Assembly (NCBI GenBank): GCA_963767005.1
Contig: CAVYCN010000012.1
Span: 32,001-96,000 of the forward strand
From: an uncultured Actinomycetes bacterium
GTDB taxonomy: Bacteria; Actinomycetota; Thermoleophilia; UBA2241
DNA: 64,000 nt
Reading direction: 5' to 3'
Part shown: positions 1 through 9,156 of the stretch, piece by piece
How positions within the stretch are numbered: the first letter of the stretch is position 1
How the letters are laid out: every line of letters starts with the position of its first letter
Notes under the pieces: generated by a model
The model's database searches: none
What the model was told of the DNA's origin: nothing
What the model saw: the letters and a program-made list of their open reading frames with translations, nothing else
Position numbers and translations under genes: made by a program

Positions 1-149
1 GGCAGCACGTGGAGCGCCAGCGGCTCGCTCTCCCAGCCGGCCACGCGGCCGTCGATCGCGATCAGCGCGACCTTCACGCCGGACGTACCGAGATCGACGG
101 CCAGGACATGCCTGGCGGCCGCCTCGTCGGACCGAAACGCCTGACTCAC
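1..149 (-). CDS. FGGY-family carbohydrate kinase, N-terminus only (runs off window)
   Basis: Manual translation from GTG at 149 (GGGAGG RBS at 155-160): ..RHVLAVDLGTSGVKVALIAIDGRVAG, the FGGY phosphate-1 motif. Confidence 0.85.
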   Translation of the reverse strand, partial: MSQAFRSDEAAARHVLAVDLGTSGVKVALIAIDGRVAGWESEPLALHVL

Positions 150-289
150 CCCGACCTCCCTGCCGTGCCCCCGGGACCGGGTTCGTGCGCGGAAGCATAC
201 ACCGCGTGCCGACGCGTGGCCGCCCGCCGCCGGCCGGCGCCGATGTAGCATCGCGCCACGGACCAGCGGACGGAAACGACGGAGGGGCG

Positions 290-1063
290 ATGGATGCGAC
301 CAACCCGGTGATCGACCTGCTCGAGCGACGCTGCTCGACGCGCTCTTACGCGCCGGCGCCGATCACGGCCGACGAGCACGCCGTCATCCTGCACGCGGCG
401 ATGCGAGCGCCCACCGCCGGCAACCTGATGCTCTACTCGATCATCGAGGTCGACGACCCGACCCTGAAGGCGCGCCTGGCCGAGACCTGCGACGACCAGC
501 CCTTCATCGCGCGCGCGCCGCTCGTCCTCGTGTTCGTGGCCGACCTGCAGAAGTGGGTCGACCTGTTCGCGGCGGCCGGCTGCGACCGGCTCGAGGACCT
601 GCCGCCTAAGTCGGCGCCCCGCATGGGCGACTTCGTCCTGGCCTGCTGCGACGCCCTGATCGCGGCCCAGAACGCGGTCGTCGCGGCCGAGTCGCTGGGC
701 ATCGGCTCGTGCTACATCGGCGACATCGTCGAGCGCGCCGAGACCCACGCCGAGCTGCTGCGACTGCCGCGCTACACGTTCCCCGTCACGATGCTCTGCT
801 TCGGCCGCCCGAAAGGCACACTGCACAGGACCGAGCGATACGAGCGGCACGTCGTCCAGCGCGACGGCTACCACCGCCTGACCGCGGCCGAGCTCGAGCA
901 GGCGTCGCGCGACCTGGACGGGCTCTACGGCGCGCACGGCTTCGGCGGCCGCGCCGGCTACGTCCAGGAGATCTTCGCGCGCAAGTTCGCGACCGACTTC
1001 TCGCTCGAGGCCGACCGCTCGGTCGCCTGGTGGCTCGAACGCTGGCGCAGCGGCGCCGAGTGA
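290..1063 (+). CDS. Nitroreductase / NADPH-dependent flavin reductase (NfsA/Frp-like)
   Basis: RRCSTRSY, APTAGNLMLYSII, AAESLGIGSCYIG motifs; ATG 290 after GGAGGGG. Confidence 0.9.
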   Translation: MDATNPVIDLLERRCSTRSYAPAPITADEHAVILHAAMRAPTAGNLMLYSIIEVDDPTLKARLAETCDDQPFIARAPLVLVFVADLQKWVDLFAAAGCDRLEDLPPKSAPRMGDFVLACCDALIAAQNAVVAAESLGIGSCYIGDIVERAETHAELLRLPRYTFPVTMLCFGRPKGTLHRTERYERHVVQRDGYHRLTAAELEQASRDLDGLYGAHGFGGRAGYVQEIFARKFATDFSLEADRSVAWWLERWRSGAE

Positions 1064-1068
1064 GGCGC

Positions 1069-1096
1069 GCGGCGTGACGAGGGCGGCGTGACGAGG
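1069..1096. repeat. 14-bp tandem duplication GCGGCGTGACGAGG x2
   Basis: Exact copies at 1069-1082 and 1083-1096. Confidence 0.85.
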
Positions 1097-1130
1097 GCGG
1101 CGGGCGGGCCGCAAGGCCCGCCCGCCGCCC
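1095..1130. terminator. GC-rich hairpin between convergent genes
   Basis: 16-bp perfect stem, GCAA loop, no U-tract. Confidence 0.65.
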
Positions 1131-1157
1131 CCACGCCAGCCTCGGGCAGTCTGTCCG

Positions 1158-2927
1158 CTACCGCGGCGCCAGTCGCAGCGCCGAACCGGGCTCCCCCGGG
1201 TAGGTGCGCAGACGCAGGTCGCGCACCGGCGCGCGCACCGCGTCCGAGGCGGCGTCGTCGGGCATCGTCTCGGCCTTCGTCTCGGCCGTCAGACGGTCGC
1301 GGTAGTGGGCGACCTCGCGCGCCACGGCCGCGTCGTCCCAGCCCAGGACGCGGGCCATGAGCCGCGCCACCGCCTCGACTGAGCCGTCGCCCCTGTCGGG
1401 GAGCTCGAAGGAGATGTGCGTGCGCCGGGTGAGGAAGTCGTCGACGTGCAGCGCGCCTTCGTGCGAGGCCGCATAGACGGCCTCGACCGACAGGTACTCG
1501 GGGGCGCCCGGCAACGGCGCGGCGAGGCCGCGGTCGGCCGCGACCAGTTCGAGCACCTCGAGGGCGATCGAGCCCCAGCGTTGCACCAGACGCTCGCGCT
1601 GCGCCGGTGTGAGGGCGGCCGCGCCGGGATGGGCGGCGACCCGCGAGCGCGTGACCGACAGACCGACGGCGCCGATCAAGGGCACGTCGGCAGTGCGGCT
1701 GGCCTCGACCGGGAACGGCAGCTCGCACGCGGCCGCGTCGACCGTGTCGCTCGCCATCACGCGGTAGGTGGTGTACTTGCCGCCGGCCACGCTCACGAAG
1801 CCTGGCGCGTCACGCCGCACCTCGTGGTTACGCGACACCTTGGTCGTGTCCTTGCCGCCGGCGCTCACGAGCGGACGCAGGCCGGAGTAGACGCCCACGA
1901 CGTCGTCGCGGGTGAGCGGCTGGGCGAGCACGGTGTTGACCTGTTCGAGCAGGTAGTCGATGTCGTGAGTGTTGGCGGCGGGGTGGTCGAGGTCGTGGGT
2001 CCAGTCGGTGTCGGTCGTGCCGATGATCCAGTGCCCGTTCCAGGGCAGCACGAACAGCACGCTCTTGGGGGTCGGCAGGATGAGGGCGTAGTCCGACTCG
2101 ATGCAGGCGCGCGGCACGACCAGGTGGATGCCCTTGGACGGCCGCACCGTGAAGCCGGGACGCTCGACGCCCGCCAGACTCTCGATCTCCGACGTCCACA
2201 CGCCGGTCGCGCTCACCACGACGCGCGCGCACACGTCGACCTCGCGGCCCGACTCCATGTCGGCCACGCGCGCGCCGACGACCCGCTCGCCCTCGCGCAG
2301 GACGCGCGTCACCCGCACGCCGGCCGCAGCGACCGCCCCGTGGTCCAGGGCGGTGCGCAGGACCGCGACGAGAAAGCGCGAGTCGTCCATCTGGGCGTCG
2401 TAGTAGCGGATGCCGCCGCTGAAGGCGTCCGCGCGCAGCGCCGGCACGTGGCGCAGACACGACGAGCGGGTGAGGTGCCGGTGACGGGGCACCGCCGGAT
2501 GCAGCCCGGCGAGTGTGTCGTACAGCGCCAGGCCGGCGCCCATGTAGAAGCGGTCGAAGACCGCGCGCTTGAGGGGGAACAGGAACGGCGTGGCGTGCAC
2601 GAGATGCGGCGCGATCTTCTCGAGCAGCAGCCGCCGTTCGTGCAGGGCCTCGCGCACCAGCGCGAGGTCGAGGTTCTCGAGGTAGCGCAGGCCGCCGTGG
2701 ATCAGCTTGCTCGACCGGCTCGACGTGCCGGCCCCGAAGTCGCGCTTCTCGACGAGGGCGACGGTGAGACCGCGGCTGGCCGCGTCGAGCGCGATGCCGC
2801 AGCCGGTCACGCCGCCGCCGATCACGAGGACATCGAACGTCTCCGCCGCGAAGCGCTCGAGCGCGTGTCGCCGCGCGTCGGGTCCGAGCGCCGTGTTCGT
2901 CTCGCCTGCCACCTCGTACCTCCTCAT
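1158..2927 (-). CDS. glpD: FAD-dependent glycerol-3-phosphate dehydrogenase/oxidase
   Basis: DVLVIGGGVTG, GTSSRSSKLIHGGLRYL, YSGLRPL, GGKYTTYRVMA. Confidence 0.9.
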   Translation of the reverse strand: MRRYEVAGETNTALGPDARRHALERFAAETFDVLVIGGGVTGCGIALDAASRGLTVALVEKRDFGAGTSSRSSKLIHGGLRYLENLDLALVREALHERRLLLEKIAPHLVHATPFLFPLKRAVFDRFYMGAGLALYDTLAGLHPAVPRHRHLTRSSCLRHVPALRADAFSGGIRYYDAQMDDSRFLVAVLRTALDHGAVAAAGVRVTRVLREGERVVGARVADMESGREVDVCARVVVSATGVWTSEIESLAGVERPGFTVRPSKGIHLVVPRACIESDYALILPTPKSVLFVLPWNGHWIIGTTDTDWTHDLDHPAANTHDIDYLLEQVNTVLAQPLTRDDVVGVYSGLRPLVSAGGKDTTKVSRNHEVRRDAPGFVSVAGGKYTTYRVMASDTVDAAACELPFPVEASRTADVPLIGAVGLSVTRSRVAAHPGAAALTPAQRERLVQRWGSIALEVLELVAADRGLAAPLPGAPEYLSVEAVYAASHEGALHVDDFLTRRTHISFELPDRGDGSVEAVARLMARVLGWDDAAVAREVAHYRDRLTAETKAETMPDDAASDAVRAPVRDLRLRTYPGEPGSALRLAPR

Positions 2928-2948
2928 CTCACCGCACCCGGCGGCCTC

Positions 2949-3713
2949 TCACTGTCGCTCCTCGCCGGCCGGCGCGTCGTGCACGCGGTTCACGCTGAGC
3001 ACGAAGACGTCGGGCACGTGCCACTCGGACGAGAGCATCACCGGCTGCCCGGCCTCGTCGACGTGGACCTGCTCGATCTGCTGCAGAGGCGCGCCCACCG
3101 GTACGTGCAGCAGTCGGGCGAGACGGTCGTCCGCCACGACGGGCCGCAGGGTGGCGAGCGCGCTGCGGACTTCGACGCCGACGCTCGCCAGGAGCTCGTA
3201 GAGCGACGGGTCGACGACGGCCTCGGCGGCGGCGCCCAGCAAGGCGGCCGGGATGCGGTCACGGGAGTACACGACGGGCCGGCCGTCGGCCGTACGGATG
3301 CGTTCGACGAACAGCACGGGCGCGCGCGGCGCGAGCGCGAGCTGCTCCGCCTCTTCGGCCGTGGCCGGCCGCGTCTGCCGGCGGATCAGCGTGCGGCCGG
3401 GCTCGAGGCCGGCCTCGCGGATCATGGCCGTGTAACTCAGGTTGGCGTTCAGCGTGTGACGCCGGCGAGGGCCCGCCGTGACGAAGGTGCCCTTGCCGTG
3501 CTGCCGCAGAAGATAGCCGCCGTCGACGAGGCCGCGCACGGCCTCGCGGATCGTCGCCCTGCTGCACTCGAACCGCTCGGCGAGCTCGGCTTCGTTGGGG
3601 AGCTGGTCGCCCGCCACGTACACGTTCGAGAACAGGTCACCGAGCAGGGCGTCGCGGACGCCGTCGACGAGCGTGCGCCGGCCACCGCGGCGCCGGGAGC
3701 GCGGGTCAGGCAT
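2949..3713 (-). CDS. GntR-family (HutC/UTRA) transcriptional regulator
   Basis: LPNEAELAERFECSRATIREA HTH, HGKGTFV, C-terminal UTRA-like domain. Confidence 0.9.
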   Translation of the reverse strand: MPDPRSRRRGGRRTLVDGVRDALLGDLFSNVYVAGDQLPNEAELAERFECSRATIREAVRGLVDGGYLLRQHGKGTFVTAGPRRRHTLNANLSYTAMIREAGLEPGRTLIRRQTRPATAEEAEQLALAPRAPVLFVERIRTADGRPVVYSRDRIPAALLGAAAEAVVDPSLYELLASVGVEVRSALATLRPVVADDRLARLLHVPVGAPLQQIEQVHVDEAGQPVMLSSEWHVPDVFVLSVNRVHDAPAGEERQ

Positions 3714-4392
3714 GGCCGTCCCCCGCGTCGGCCGCTATGCGCAGCACGGCGGCCACCTGCGCCCCGAGATCGGGACCGCCGGGCAGGCGCCCCTCGAAGA
3801 TGGCGCCACCGATCGTGAAGCCCCAGGCGCCGGCGCCGGCCACCAGGCGGATCTGCTCGGCGGTGGCGATCGAGCCGGCCACGACGACCGGGCCGGCCGC
3901 GGCCTCGACCACCGCCCGGGTCAGCGCGATCGGGTCTTCGTCGGGGTGCCGGTAGGCGAGCAGGTCGAGCCCGTAGACGCCGTCGCGCGCCGTCATGTTA
4001 CGGGCGTCGGTCGCGATCTCAGCGGCGCTGCCGAGCAGCACGCTCGGATGTCCCTCGATGCGGCCGGGGAATGGGCAGTACCTGATGCCGCTGCCGCCGA
4101 GGATGCGCAGGCCATCGTCGACGCTGGTGCCGCCCATCACCCAGTCGACGCCGACGGCGCGACCGGTCTCGAGCGAGACGATCTCGGCCGCGCGCGAGGT
4201 CGACACCACCTCGAGGAAGACCTCGAGCCCGTCGGCATGGGCCTTCTCGGCGACGGCGGCGAGCTCGTCGGACGTCGCCCCGATGTCCTTGAAGCCCACG
4301 TAGCGCAGCCCCGTGCCACGCAGGCTCTCGTACACGTGGGCCGCCTCGGCCACCGTCGTGTCGTTGTGGGTCAGCATGAAGATGAACTCCAC
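3706..4392 (-). CDS. Uncharacterised TIM-barrel-like protein
   Basis: Alternating beta/alpha pattern, C-terminal VVAGSI..GFTIGGAIF phosphate-binding-like motif; overlaps the GntR start. Confidence 0.65.
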   Translation of the reverse strand: MEFIFMLTHNDTTVAEAAHVYESLRGTGLRYVGFKDIGATSDELAAVAEKAHADGLEVFLEVVSTSRAAEIVSLETGRAVGVDWVMGGTSVDDGLRILGGSGIRYCPFPGRIEGHPSVLLGSAAEIATDARNMTARDGVYGLDLLAYRHPDEDPIALTRAVVEAAAGPVVVAGSIATAEQIRLVAGAGAWGFTIGGAIFEGRLPGGPDLGAQVAAVLRIAADAGDGHA

Positions 4393-4396
4393 GGCG

Positions 4397-5242
4397 CTAC
4401 CTCCTGGCAGGAGACTGTTCCGGCGGCAGCAGCTCGCCGAGTCCGTCGATCACGAAGTCGGGTGACACGTCGCCGGCCTGCAGGTCGGCGAGCGTGGTGG
4501 CACCGGTCAGGACGAGCACGCCCGTCATGCCGAGCGAGTGCGCCATGGCGACGTCGGTGAGCAGGCGGTCGCCCACCACGGCCACCTCGGAGGCGGCCAG
4601 GCCGAGCCGCTCCTCGAGGGCGCGCGCCATGTGCACGCTCGGCTTGCCGACGACCGCCTCGGCCCGCGCCCCCGTGCAGGCCTCGATCGCGGCCAGCATG
4701 GCGGCGCAGTCGGGCAGGCCGCCGTCGGGGGTGGGGCAGTACGGGTCGGGGTTCGTGGCGACGATCGTCGCGCCGTGGTGCCTGACCGCCCGGTAGGCGG
4801 CATTCAGCTTGGCGTAGTCGAAGGTGCGATCGAAGGACACGACGACGACCTCGCTCAGCGCCGGGTCCGCCGTGACCGCAAAGCCGGCAGCGGCGAGCTC
4901 GTCGCGCGTCGAGTCCTCGGTCACGCAGAGCAGCCGGGCGGCGGGGTGCTCGCGGTGCAGGTAGCCCACGAGCGAGTCGACCGACGTGACGACGTCGGCG
5001 CGCCTGGCCGGCACGCCGAGCCGCTCGAGCTTGGCGGCGTAGGCGTCGCCCGGCTCGAGCGGCTTGTTGGTGACGAACACGATGCGCGCGCCGGCCCGCC
5101 GCAGGCCGGCGATCGTCTCACGGGCGCCGGGCAGCAGGGCGTCGCCCAGATACACGGTCCCGTCGAGGTCGAAGACGTAGCCGGGAAAGACGCGGTCGGG
5201 CCGCCGGTCCCTGCCGGCCGACGTGTCGGCCCCGGCGCTCAC
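4397..5242 (-). CDS. HAD-IIA (NagD/AraL-like) phosphatase
   Basis: FDLDGTVY, VTNK, NPDP, VGKP, VGDRLLTD; GTG start overlaps the upstream TGA. Confidence 0.9.
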   Translation of the reverse strand: MSAGADTSAGRDRRPDRVFPGYVFDLDGTVYLGDALLPGARETIAGLRRAGARIVFVTNKPLEPGDAYAAKLERLGVPARRADVVTSVDSLVGYLHREHPAARLLCVTEDSTRDELAAAGFAVTADPALSEVVVVSFDRTFDYAKLNAAYRAVRHHGATIVATNPDPYCPTPDGGLPDCAAMLAAIEACTGARAEAVVGKPSVHMARALEERLGLAASEVAVVGDRLLTDVAMAHSLGMTGVLVLTGATTLADLQAGDVSPDFVIDGLGELLPPEQSPARR

Positions 5243-6657
5243 GCCGCCCTCCCGATCAACGCCTCTGTCTCGGTCAGGACGGCGTCGGCGTGGTCTTCGT
5301 CCCAGATGCCCAGGGACCACGCCAGATCGGCCACGCTGAAGCGCTCGCGCATGAGGTGGCAGCTTGCCAGAGCCCAGCGCGCGGTGCCGGCGTCGACGGC
5401 CGGCTCGAGCTCGGAGAAGCGCAGCGGCGCGCCGGCGCTGCGCAGGGCGGCCACGAGGCTTTCGGGCTCGGCCAGCAGACCGCGCAGGGCGCGGTCGTGG
5501 CGGGCCCAGTCGGCGTCGAGCTCCGTCGCGCGGTGCTGCGCCGCGGCCCAGCGCGTGAGCTTGCGCTCGTAGTCGCGCCAGCACTCCGCGGCCATGGCGC
5601 CGCTCGCATCGAAAGCGGCGAAGGCAGCGCGCACCCGCGCGCGCGCCTCGTCGGGCGCGGCCACCCGCAGGCGGCGCAGGCCGCCTTCGGCCAGGGCCGC
5701 CAGGACGCGTCGCCAGACCACGGCGGCGCAGACGCTCGCCACGCCGACCTGGATGCCGTGCAGGTCGCCCTCGCCACCCTTGCGCGCGGCCGCCATGTCG
5801 ATGAGGTGACCGACCGTGTGCTCCATGCCGGAGCAGGGCGCCGTCGTGCCGGCGACGCCCATCGAGAGACCGCTCAGGGTGAGCGTGGCGGCGACGTCCT
5901 CGAGTGCCGCCGGGTCGGCGCCGCGCAGGCGCGGCGCCGCCTCGAGCAGGTCGTCGGCACGGTCCCGCGCGAGCGCGACGGCCGTCGGCGAGTAGAAGTC
6001 GTCCATGCCGAGCATGTTGGCCAGGTACCAGTCGGCCGGCGCCGTGAAGGTCGCGATCAGGTCGGCGAAGCCGGACACGTTGAGCCGCGCCGGCGCGTCG
6101 ACGAGCACGTCGGTGTCGACGACGAGGGCGTCGGCCCAGGTGGTCTCGGTCGTGCGCTTGACGCCGCTCACGAGCAGCACCGAGCGGTCGTCGGCAAAGC
6201 CGTTGACGCTCGTCGCCGTCTGCACGATCGCATACGGCGCGCGGTGGGCCACGGCGACGGCCTTGCCGATGTCGGCGACGGTCCCCGAGCCGACCGCGAC
6301 GACGCACATGGCGCCGACACTCGCCGCCACGGCGGCGGCCAGTGTCGGCTCGTCGGCGTGGACGGCGCCGCGCTCACCGACCGTCACCGGCCGCACCGTG
6401 AAGGCGCCGGACAGCAGCTCGTGGACGCAGGTGAGCAAGTCGCGGCCCCGGTACAGTTTGGGGACGGCATCAGACAGCACGGCGACCTCGCCGCCGGCGC
6501 GCGGGCCGCCGGGCAGGCCGGCCAGCGTGTCGGCGAGCCCGGCGAGGGCGCCCGCGCCCAGCGACGCGGTCGAGATCCCCGGCGGGCGCAGTCCGTCGCG
6601 CTCGGGAGCGGCCGCGAGCCGGCTCCGCACGGCGGAGAGATCGAACGGATGGCTCAT
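5239..6657 (-). CDS. sn-glycerol-1-phosphate dehydrogenase-like (AraM/EgsA family)
   Basis: VGSGTVADIGK, TATSVNGF, SGMEHTVGH, LHGIQVGV metal-binding motifs. Confidence 0.8.
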   Translation of the reverse strand: MSHPFDLSAVRSRLAAAPERDGLRPPGISTASLGAGALAGLADTLAGLPGGPRAGGEVAVLSDAVPKLYRGRDLLTCVHELLSGAFTVRPVTVGERGAVHADEPTLAAAVAASVGAMCVVAVGSGTVADIGKAVAVAHRAPYAIVQTATSVNGFADDRSVLLVSGVKRTTETTWADALVVDTDVLVDAPARLNVSGFADLIATFTAPADWYLANMLGMDDFYSPTAVALARDRADDLLEAAPRLRGADPAALEDVAATLTLSGLSMGVAGTTAPCSGMEHTVGHLIDMAAARKGGEGDLHGIQVGVASVCAAVVWRRVLAALAEGGLRRLRVAAPDEARARVRAAFAAFDASGAMAAECWRDYERKLTRWAAAQHRATELDADWARHDRALRGLLAEPESLVAALRSAGAPLRFSELEPAVDAGTARWALASCHLMRERFSVADLAWSLGIWDEDHADAVLTETEALIGRAA

Positions 6658-6688
6658 CGGCGCACCTTTCGCATTGCAGCTACAGCTT

Positions 6689-6707
6689 ATCATAAGACGT
6701 CAGATGA
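6689..6707 (-). promoter_or_regulatory. Palindromic operator overlapping the -10 (TATGAT) of the G1PDH-glpD operon; probably the site of the adjacent GntR
   Basis: TCATAAGACGTCAGATGA (6690-6707) is a near-perfect inverted repeat in an AT-rich patch. Confidence 0.55.
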
Positions 6708-6804
6708 CTGCTGCCGCCCGTGCAGGGACGCCACGCCACCGACGCCGCGAGGCCAGCGGCCGACGGCCCTCCTCACTCGCACCTCGGGCGCGACGCGACG
6801 CCGG

Positions 6805-8262
6805 CTAGAGTGCCCGGACGCCCTCGACGTCGGCGAACACCGCGGCGAAGCGCTCGAGCGCCTCGTCTATGACCTCATCGGTATCGGCCATCGACGTGTA
6901 GATGCGCGAGCCGGCGAGCGTGACGATGCCGCTCGCCATGTAGGCCGCACCCATCTCCTCCATCATGTGCTTGCGCGGCTTCATGCCGCGGGCAAAGCGC
7001 ACCGGGTGGCGCAGGTCGAGGAGCATGACGCCCGACGTCTCCAAGTGCACGATCGAGCCCTGGTTGAAGGCGACGTAGGGCAGCTCACACCGCTCGATCA
7101 GGTCGTTCAGGCCCTTCGTCAGACGATCGCCGGCGCGGCCGGCGAGGCCCGGCGCGTTCGTGCGCTCCATCTCGAGCAGCGAGAAGTACCCGGCGGCACA
7201 CGACAGCGGGTTGGCGGAGAGGGTGCCGCCGACGTAGGCGCGCTCGCCGCTCTTGCCGCCGATGCCCGACGCGAAGCTCATCATGACGTCGCTGCGGCCG
7301 CCGACCCCGCCGGCCATCGGGTAGCCACCGGCGATGCACTTGCCGAACACGGTCAGGTCGGGCTTGACGCCGAAGAACCCCTGGGCGCCGCCGAGCCCGA
7401 GCCGAAAACCGGTGACGACCTCGTCGAAGATGAGGAGAGCGCCGAACTCGTCGCAGAGCTCGCGCACCCGGGCGTTGAACTCGAAGGACACCGGACGGGT
7501 GCCGCTCTCGGGGCCCACCGGCTCGACGATGACGGCGGCCGTGCCGCCCAGCAGGCGGTTCTGCGTGAGCTTGCGACGCAGCGCCTTCAGGTCGTTGGGG
7601 TAGACCTCACGCGTGCGCGCCGTCGCGCCGAACGGGATGCCCTTCGACTCGAAGCGCCAGGTGCCCGGCACGTGCAGGCCGTAGACCATCTGGTCGCTCC
7701 AGCCGTGGTAGGCGCCGCCGACCTTGATGACCTCCTTCTTGCCGGTGAAGGCGCGCGCTGCGCGGATCGCGGCCATCACCGACTCCGTGCCCGAGCCGAG
7801 CATGCGGAACATCTCGATCGCCGGCATGAAGCGGTTGACGAGCTGCGCCAGCTTGAGCTCGTACTCGTGGAACAGCCCCGTGACCGGGCCACAGTCCTGC
7901 AGCAGCTCGACGACCTTGTCGCGCACCGGCGCGTAGTTGCTGCCCAGCACGGTCGGACCGCCGGCCTGCAGGAAGTCGATGTAGCGGTTGCCGTCGACGT
8001 CCCAGAGGTAGGCGCCGTCGGCCTTCTCGATGGCGATCGGGAACGGGTAGTTGAACGCCAGGTTGTGCTGCACACCGCCGGGGATGTATTCCATGGCCTC
8101 GGCCGTGAGCGTCTTCGAGCGCGCGCACTTCGTCTCGAAGTAATCGAGGTACCCCTGCAGGGCGCTGGCCTTGAGCTTGCGCATGGGCTGGTCCACCAGC
8201 CGCGCGAGGGCGGCCGACACGGCCGCCACGTCGGGGTAGCTGCTGATCGCCGGCAGCGGCAC
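6805..8262 (-). CDS. Class III PLP aminotransferase (GSA-aminomutase-like); probably the C-terminal part of a frameshifted fusion
   Basis: LWDVDGNRYIDF, SGTESVM, YHGWSD, LLIFDEVVTGFR, PDLTVFGKCIAGG; no clear RBS before GTG 8262. Confidence 0.85.
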   Translation of the reverse strand: MPLPAISSYPDVAAVSAALARLVDQPMRKLKASALQGYLDYFETKCARSKTLTAEAMEYIPGGVQHNLAFNYPFPIAIEKADGAYLWDVDGNRYIDFLQAGGPTVLGSNYAPVRDKVVELLQDCGPVTGLFHEYELKLAQLVNRFMPAIEMFRMLGSGTESVMAAIRAARAFTGKKEVIKVGGAYHGWSDQMVYGLHVPGTWRFESKGIPFGATARTREVYPNDLKALRRKLTQNRLLGGTAAVIVEPVGPESGTRPVSFEFNARVRELCDEFGALLIFDEVVTGFRLGLGGAQGFFGVKPDLTVFGKCIAGGYPMAGGVGGRSDVMMSFASGIGGKSGERAYVGGTLSANPLSCAAGYFSLLEMERTNAPGLAGRAGDRLTKGLNDLIERCELPYVAFNQGSIVHLETSGVMLLDLRHPVRFARGMKPRKHMMEEMGAAYMASGIVTLAGSRIYTSMADTDEVIDEALERFAAVFADVEGVRAL

Positions 8263-9080
8263 GGTGGCGGTCGCGGCGGCGGCCGGCTCGCGGCGGCGGC
8301 CGGCTCCGCCCCGGCGGCTCCCGGCGCCCCGCCGGCCGACACGGCGCCCGCGGCGCCGTCGCCGTCGCCCGACGGCGCCGCCGCGGCGGTCGCGACCTCG
8401 GCGGCCGCCTCGGCCTCCTGGGCGGCGAGCTTCTTCTGGTCGGCGCGCAGCCTGGCGAAGGCGATCTCGCGGATCGGCAACGGCACGGTGGCGGCCTTCT
8501 CGCCCGTCAGCAGCGTGAGCAGGTAGTCGAGCGCCACCTTCTCGAGCAGCGCCATGTTGTGGACGGCGCGCCCGACGTCGCCACCGAGCACGAGAACCCC
8601 GTGGTTGGCGAGGATGTAGGCGTTGTCGCCGCTTGCCAGGCGCGCCTTGACGCGCCGCTTGAGGAACGCCGTGCCCGAGGGCGCGTAGGGCACGATCTGC
8701 ACGCCGCGCCCGAGGAACATCACCTGCTCGTCGAAGAGCGCGGGGATGGGCCGGTGGATCAGGGCGAGCGCGCTCGCGTAGGGCTGGTGCGTGTGGATGA
8801 TGACGTTGACGTCGGGGCGCTCCTGGTAGACCGCGGCGTGCATGCCGGCCTCGATCGACGCCTTTCTCGTGCCGCTCACCCGGTGCTGCTCGAAGTCGAG
8901 GATGCAGATGTCCTCGGGCTGCATCTCGGCGTAGTCGTAGTTAGACGGTGTCACCGCAAACAGCGAGCGGCCCGGCACGCGCACCGACACGTTGCCCTCG
9001 GTCGCCTTGAGGTAGCCGCGGTCGAGGAGCCTGCGGCAGATCGAGACGACGAGCTCCTTCGACGATGCGTACTGGGACAC
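7776..9080 (-). CDS. Class II aldolase/adducin family protein; runs on out of frame into the aminotransferase
   Basis: EGNVSVR, SIEAGMHAAVY, IIHTHQPYA, LANHGV; AAAGGAG RBS; after the linker repeat the frame becomes low-complexity and stops ~490 nt inside the next gene. Confidence 0.85.
   Translation of the reverse strand: MSQYASSKELVVSICRRLLDRGYLKATEGNVSVRVPGRSLFAVTPSNYDYAEMQPEDICILDFEQHRVSGTRKASIEAGMHAAVYQERPDVNVIIHTHQPYASALALIHRPIPALFDEQVMFLGRGVQIVPYAPSGTAFLKRRVKARLASGDNAYILANHGVLVLGGDVGRAVHNMALLEKVALDYLLTLLTGEKAATVPLPIREIAFARLRADQKKLAAQEAEAAAEVATAAAAPSGDGDGAAGAVSAGGAPGAAGAEPAAAASRPPPRPPPCRCRRSAATPTWRPCRPPSRGWWTSPCASSRPAPCRGTSITSRRSARARRRSRPRPWNTSPAVCSTTWRSTTRSRSPSRRPTAPTSGTSTATATSTSCRPAVRPCWAATTRRCATRSSSCCRTVARSRGCSTSTSSSWRSSSTASCRRSRCSACSARARSR
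8273..8306. repeat. 17-bp tandem duplication GCGGCGGCGGCCGGCTC x2 in the inter-domain linker
   Basis: Exact copies at 8273-8289 and 8290-8306. Confidence 0.9.
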
Positions 9081-9119
9081 TGCCGCTCCTTTCGACTCGG
9101 GCCCGGGGCCGGCGGGCGG

Positions 9120-9150
9120 GCGGGCGGGGCGCCTGCGGCGCCCCGCCCGC
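9120..9150. terminator. Hairpin after the clostripain gene
   Basis: 14-bp perfect stem, TGC loop. Confidence 0.5.
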
Positions 9151-9156
9151 CGCGCC

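Noticed and set aside
4397-6307. 636-aa ORF call for the HAD gene
   Set aside because: The N-terminal part overlaps the G1PDH-like gene out of frame; the real start is the GTG at 5242.
1416-8526. Long + strand ORFs (800 aa, 1078 aa) and similar ones such as 24387-28517 and 57924-60914
   Set aside because: Antisense or alternate-frame shadows of well-supported genes in high-GC DNA; low-complexity Arg/Gly/Ala translations with no motifs.
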